From Ostrea edulis (taxonomy: Eukaryota), in contig NC_079165.1 in NCBI RefSeq assembly GCF_947568905.1, positions 61,194,001 to 61,258,000 of the forward strand: a DNA stretch of 64,000 nt, in the 5' to 3' direction. Made by a program: the position numbers and the translations under genes. The notes below the pieces were generated by a model. The model saw only the letters and a list, made by a program, of their open reading frames with translations, ran no database searches and had not been told where the DNA came from. Below, piece by piece: positions 57,901 to 64,000 of this stretch (its first letter is position 1; each line of letters opens with the position of its first letter).

Positions 57901-60900
57901 TAAATTTTTGTAAATAATATTTCATGCAAAGTTTATGGATTGAAAGATTTATATCACAGATTCTAAGGGTGATGGATGCCGTCTGATTATAGAGATGGCA
58001 GCCAGCGGTACATCTGATTACTGTAAATGTTATTGAATTTGCAAAAAGGTTGCGAGCCGAGCCATTGTGTGTCACATAACTAGATATGCATTCCAGAAAA
58101 CTACGATTTCATTTGCTGTATTAGATTGCAATGAAGCATGTTATTTAGTGAATCAATACAAACAACAGCTGTACTCCGGCAGGTGATATGTCGATTTTAC
58201 AGTGTCTTGAGCATTAGTTACAACTGTACATTACTGTGTAACATTATACATTTAATGTAAGAGGTGATAAGTTTTGGAGGGTGAAGACTTCGGCGTTGTT
58301 TTTTGAAGTACAATTAGCTAAGGTGTTAATCCGGAAATGATATGCAATAGTTTTCTAAACAGAATATATTTTATTTTACCGAGTAAATCCGTGTATTGGT
58401 AAACATGAAAGACGTGTATCTAACATCTAAAAAAAAAAAAAAAAAAAAAATAAAAAAAAAATCAAAGAAAAAAAATCTAACATCTCAAAAGTCCATGAAT
58501 ATATCCATCAAATCAATTAACAATATCTTTAAAAAATGAGAGTACCATATGATCGAATTGTTTTGAAAATGGGCGTTAAAGTTAAAGGTTAAAGTTCAAA
58601 TCTTTCTAGTACTTGCCTTACAAGCTGTCAAGTTTTCCAGACTGTCAGAGATTGGTTGTTACACAGTTTTGATCAGTTTACTATTAGCATCAAGTAAACC
58701 ACGGATATCCTTGCGGATGAAATGCTATTAACCTAATCTAGTCATTATAAGATTTTATATATATACAGAGATCCGCTTTCAAAGAGCACAGTGTGGTGAG
58801 TGTCTTTTTAATGCCGGATTTTTCACCTTTATGCAATGGTATCCTTAGCAGAACAATACAAATGTATATATGAAATACATATGTCATATATTGTGACAGC
58901 AAGAAACAGTAATTGTTTCAGCGCCCTACAAAAGGAAAGACAAATGTTTGAGGGAGAGGCGCAAATAGGTTTATAATCAATAATCAGTATTTTAACGTGC
59001 GCGTGAGTGCCCGCAGGTTAAGCGTTAAACTAACTATTATGAGCCCTAAACGATATATTTTATTACATGCTCGAATTGTATTCGTGTTAATGAAATGTGC
59101 AAATGACAAGACGATTGTCAATGAAAAATAAGAATATTATTTACGCAGAATTATTATATAATACTAATTTGGAGCGCTGTGTGAACAGATATCCTTTTTT
59201 TCGTTTTGGCGTATACAGCAGTACATCATATTCAACAACTCGTGAACTATAATTTATGGTAACTTTCAGAGGAGTCAACTAATTTGTTAACCACCAAGAC
59301 ATCATTGACCGCCTTGGTCAGGGGTGTTGTACCCATAAATGAATGCAATCTGTCGACCTACTCGCACGAAGCAACATCTCGACGCAAAAACTAATAAATT
59401 AAACCACACGCAGCTCAAAACAGACTCCATGACCTTGAAGCCTATCGTGAAGACTTGACCTTTGTCCAGTTGCAGTTACACCGAAGATACCTACCTTTCA
59501 CTCATTTTCATTGCATTTTATACATTACGGGACATTTATTGGTAGATATTAATATAATACTAGTGATTTGCAAATAAAATGAATTACGGTGCATTTTTGC
59601 AATATAAATCAAAATATCAAATGCAGATTTTTTGACTGACGTTCCATCAAGTAATGCTGTATGAAATATTTATTTATGTTTTTGAAATATTTCTTTTAAT
59701 TAATGCAGTACTTCACACACATGTACCTAAATGTAATTTAATTTATAGAATGACACATCATCTGTTACTCTTCAAATTCATTTTCTTTGAACGTTTATGT
59801 AAACATTTTTTTTTACTTAAATGACAATTAAACGATGTCAAAAGAAATAATGTCATGCTACATATCATTTGTATTTAGCTACTAATTCAAAAGCGTGTTT
59901 TGATGTTGCCGCTTAAAGTACCCTAAAATTTTATCCTAAAGACACTCGCTACAAAGTTTTTTTCTTCCAAAAATGATGAAAACGAAAACCAAATTTGTTT
60001 TTATAAGTAAAAGGAATAAAATTTACTGTATGCAGTGTAAATCATTCCCATGATTTCTCAATAAAGTGTAAAAGAGCGAGTACAATTTCCATAGTTATAG
60101 AGGGAGGAATAATATACTTCAACTTCTACATCAATGTGCAAGTCCCTTATTCATTTTTAAAAGGAATTGTATATTTGTTCTTACTACAACCAAACTGAAC
60201 CAAAAATATATATCAACCCATTAATATTTTTTTGGTGTGCATCAAGTGTCCTTAGCCGCTAACAAGGAAAATAATCTGCAGAATCTTTCAGATAATAATT
60301 GTCTTGAGCAAAAATTTAATTGAATACATCACAATACAAAATCTATTTGCAATTGCTTGTATTTTGTGTAAAAGTACTGACACAGTTGTCTTCAACGGAA
60401 AAGTTAAAGCACATGTTAAACAGAATTTTTAAGGGACAAAATGAGACTTAATGGTGGTAAGACGACCATGTTTTCATTCCATTTCCCTTACAGCTTTAGA
60501 GAGTTACCAAAGTATAAAAATCAATTAGACAAACTGAATTAAACTGAGAAATCTAAATTAATTCAATTATCTGCTTCCTAAATTAATTCAATTATCTGCT
60601 TCATCAACATGCATATATGCAAATACATCTGCAAGTGTTTTCCAAGAACGTGCATGACTGGATTAATATCTGATTATTTTTCATACATTTCCAGATCACA
60701 ACATGATGTTTGGTGAAAAAAGAAAAGAAAATAGAATTACAATAAGATACAGAATATGTGTACCTGCCCAGCTGTGGTTTCAACTCGCCGCGAACCTTCC
60801 CGTGTCCCTGGGATGACTGAAGGGTGTGACCTCCGTGTATCCGGCCTGGCTCCCGGTGACGTTAGGTCCTCGTCATCACCGTGATATAATTAACAGCAGG

Positions 60901-60966
60901 TAAACATGCATTCCTTTTATGTCTCGTGTTTTAAAAATAGAAATCTAATTCACAAAACACACACAC

Positions 60967-60992
60967 GAGAGAGAGAGAGAGAGAGAGAGAGA

Positions 60993-61041
<49 letters not shown>

Positions 61042-61044
61042 AGC
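60967..61044. repeat. (GA)n microsatellite
   Basis: About 78 bp of GA repeats with few interruptions. Confidence 0.95.
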
Positions 61045-61292
61045 GATTGTATGCCAATCCGCTTGATACTTATATATCCAAATTGACATGGATATTTTAA
61101 ATGCATATTGGCCTGCAATAGATATGTCCATAACTAATAATTAATGCAATTCCACTATAGGACATGGGTATGCATGTAGAAATTCATTATTACACATGTA
61201 TATGGTACATACAGGAATACATAAATGGACAAATATCGGCCGCATAATTATTTTGTGGGGTAACTGGAGAGTCGCCCAGTGTGCCAGTTTAA

Positions 61293-61609
61293 CTTGAGAA
61301 TGTATGCTTCACCAGAGAAATGATATGGATGAAAAGTGGAGGATATGTACAACACTATTTTGAAATTGAAAACTTTCAAATTTACTTTATTTAGTTAAAA
61401 ACTGCAGTTTTAGTATAATGCAGTCTGAATTTTTATACGCCTGCTAGACTCGAACACACGATCTACAGTTCAGCAGTCGACGTGCTAACCTTCTGAGCTA
61501 CTCAGCTAGGCGATGATTTCTTAAATGAATAGACAAATATTGCTGATATTTATATTTTCATCCAAGTTTTAAAAGGAAGTCAGCCATTATGACGATGTTC
61601 AGTACTTCC
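61293..61609 (-). mobile_element. Kolobok-like non-autonomous element with an internal tRNA-like segment (copy 2)
   Basis: Minus strand starts TTAA|GGAAGTACTGAACATCGTCATAATGGCTGACTTCC; tRNA-like core at about 61439-61507; TTAA also lies at the left boundary. Confidence 0.6.
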
Positions 61610-61787
61610 TTAACTTGTAAGGGGCACACTGGGGGCCCGATTAAAACATTCAGTGTCCAGACCCGAACGGGCGCCAGCGTTCTAAGGAGGTAAGGAGACC
61701 CGCCCTTCTCACCCTGTCACCTGCAGAGCTACCTGGAAATTATCAAGCGGGGCATATACATAACCCAATAACATGTACCAGCCTGCA

Positions 61788-61986
61788 GCATCCCCTCACA
61801 AAAGTGAGGTGGATGTGGCCCCAACCGTTCCCGGTGGTGGCCCCACTATAGCAAATTAACTTGTTTTAACATGTTAAGACTTTAATAGCATCCACTCACT
61901 GAAGTGAGATGGATAAGGCCCCAACCGGCCCCGGTGGTGGCCCCATTATAGCAGATTAACTTTGTTTTAACTTGTTAAGACTTTAG
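61788..61986. repeat. 100-bp tandem duplication with conserved hairpins
   Basis: Units start at 61788 and 61888. Confidence 0.9.
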
Positions 61987-63837
61987 TCCTGTAAACTGCC
62001 CTCTGCTTTAGAAACAGGTGGGGGAAGACACCCAGGTTTTGGAGCAGAAACAGTCATGACATATCCATTACCTACTCCCCAGTCCCCCTAAAACATGCGA
62101 CATCTGGAATGACAATTCAGTGACAGTCCATCTGGTCCAGGCTTTCATCATTTACTGCATTTAGGGAATCGTTAGGATATCATTAGCTGTTTGCAAACCT
62201 GTAGAAGAAGAAACCCCCCCCCCCCCCCCAAAAAAAAAAAACCCCAGACACTGAGAAAAAATACATGTAAAATATCATTATATGGGATGGTAGGGTGGGT
62301 GGGTGTTTGCTTGCTTGGGTTGAATCTGCCTAATGGTTGGGGTCTTTCCCGGGGAGTACTAACTGTGACGTAGATGACGTAGGATGCAGGTTAAATCCCG
62401 TAGACCTGATGTACGGGGTGTCTAAAAAATAATATGGACTATTTGATATTAAATCAAATAATTCCGATTAATTACTGAATCCACCTTGATAGTTAAATAT
62501 CCAAATTGACATCGATATTTAAAATGCATATTGGCCTGTAGCCTGTAATAGGTACTTCCATGACTAATGCAATTCCACTATAGGACATGGGTATGCATTT
62601 AGAAATTCATTATTACACATGTATATGGTACATACAGGAATACATAAATGGACAAATATCGGCCGCATGATGCTTTTTGTATGGTAACTGGGGAGTCGGT
62701 CAGTGTGCCAGTTTAAATGAGTTACCAGAATAAGGACAAGTGTACTTGACAATCATGGGCCTAGGAAACAAACCTGATCGTAGAGTCGCATAGGAATTAC
62801 AGTAATAAGACACGCCGAGAAAATGGCATAAGAACTGCTACAATACATGAACTAGTTAATAGAACTGGAAGGTGGATAAAAACACCTTGACTGAAAAAAA
62901 TCAAAAGTCGCTTAAAATGTTGCACGTCTCATGTTAATTTCCCTAAAGGTGTTGCATGAAAGATAGAAAAAAATAAGTTATTCAAATTTATGATAAAACC
63001 AATTGGAACGTATGTCTTGATTCAATAAAATTTTGAAAATAAGTTTAAAAGACGTGTATTGACAAGATTAGCCAAAATATTTCGAGTTTAAATCAAGTAA
63101 TAAGCGATTTATATGATTTTCTAGCGTTAAAATGGAGGGGTATCCCCGAATTTCACTGCCTCTGTGAAACAAAATCAGATTCTCTTTCACTAATAATTAT
63201 TTATCATTTACATATGGTATAACCGATTATTACCCAAATTACAAAGATTTTGTAGTGTGAATCAACCCTGAATAATGTAGCTTGCAGACCGTTGGTTGCT
63301 TTCATCTCGTGTCATGAGCCCCCGCATATACTGATAATAAATAATCCTCACTGATAGAGAATCTGATTGGTCGAGAAGGTCGCGTGACCGTCGTGTTCCC
63401 AGCTACGCGTACTATTAGGATACTAGGACGTACTATTTGTTGAGATTCATTGATGACATTAAGATGAAGTGAATAAACAGTCGAGATTATCTAGACAACT
63501 TTACCTTGTTTAGTAACTAGTTTTACCGTTCCTTGAAATTCACAGCGGAAAGTGACGTCATTTCTATCAAGGGGGCGGGGGGCGGAAGGAGATATTGACT
63601 TCTTAAAAAACCAACCCACATAAAACTCCCCAAAAATAAAAAAAAGGGAAACCCTAAAAACCTATTTCACCAAAACTTTAGTATCCTAAGTGGAGTTGGG
63701 TGTTGGGTTGGAATAGAAGACAACACAACTTCGATATCTAAAATCATTAGGGGGAGGGAAGCGTTTATCATCCATTACATAGGTTCATCAATATATCAGT
63801 TCAATCTTACATTCTTACTTAATACTACTACAAGTAT

Positions 63838-64000
63838 GGGATCCAGTCCGCGACAGACCTAAGTCGTTAAAACAGGTAGTGACAGTTCCATCGCCAAACG
63901 CTCGACATCAGGTGTGAATGTCACGGGTCCTCAAAGATGACCTTAAAAACGGATGTCCCGTGTCGCAGTAAGTGTGGCATGATAAAGAATTCTCACTGCT
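63838..64000 (+). mobile_element. 5'-truncated SINE body, cut by the window end
   Basis: CGCCAAACGCTCG..GTCACGGG..GTCCCGTGTCGCAG..GTGTGGCA.GATAAAGAA.TCTCACTG matches the central domain of the 40381 SINE. Confidence 0.75.

Larger units (their letters stand above)
61056..62716 (+). repeat. Pair of ~235-bp dispersed direct repeats (61056-61292 and 62478-62716), each ending in TTAA
   Basis: A long identical core (TAGAAATTCATTATTACACATGTATATGGTACATACAGGAATACATAAATGGACAAATATCGGCCGCAT) is present in both copies. Confidence 0.85.

Noticed and set aside
60840-60900. HDV-like ribozyme around GGTCCTCGTC
   Set aside because: No consistent P1/P2/P3 pairing, and no GG for P1.1.
55375-63800. Short ORFs of 60-90 aa in the right-hand intergenic region
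   Set aside because: No recognisable domains, no phase-consistent exon chains, and many overlap microsatellites or repeats.

Overview
AT-rich, intron-rich animal genomic DNA, most likely an oyster-type bivalve (inferred from the repeat landscape: Helentron-like elements carrying a ~166-bp satellite, Penelope-like RT fragments, SINEs with TCAA/CCAA tails). There is no prokaryotic content and no CRISPR or cas gene. Six protein-coding genes were rebuilt exon by exon with consistent splice phases: TBCK (+, 119-18331, 25 coding exons, one U12-type intron); glycosylasparaginase AGA (-, 19671-25985, 8 exons); a FANCF-like gene (+, 26249-32067, 8 exons) head-to-head with AGA across 263 bp; an intronless egghead/bre-3-like beta-1,4-mannosyltransferase (+, 35601-37052); a GRD/CG8916-like GABA-A-type Cys-loop subunit with a cation-type pore signature (+, 39950-48485, 9 exons); and an SLC26 anion transporter with a STAS domain (-, 49885-54996, 16 exons). 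Introns and intergenic DNA are packed with non-autonomous elements and minisatellites. The most interesting observations are: a minisatellite that has copied a TBCK splice donor, creating an in-frame alternative donor (+19 aa); a minor-spliceosome intron; a predicted excitatory GABA-receptor subunit; an intron-rich FANCF homologue; several near-perfect 37-62 bp-stem hairpin elements, one carrying an E-box-N10-CCAAT module; a DNA-transposon-like element with a captured tRNA-like core; and a SINE whose 5' end is a structured, non-tRNA domain. I found no convincing evidence for a wholly new multi-gene system. All family assignments rest on recalled motifs, not database searches.
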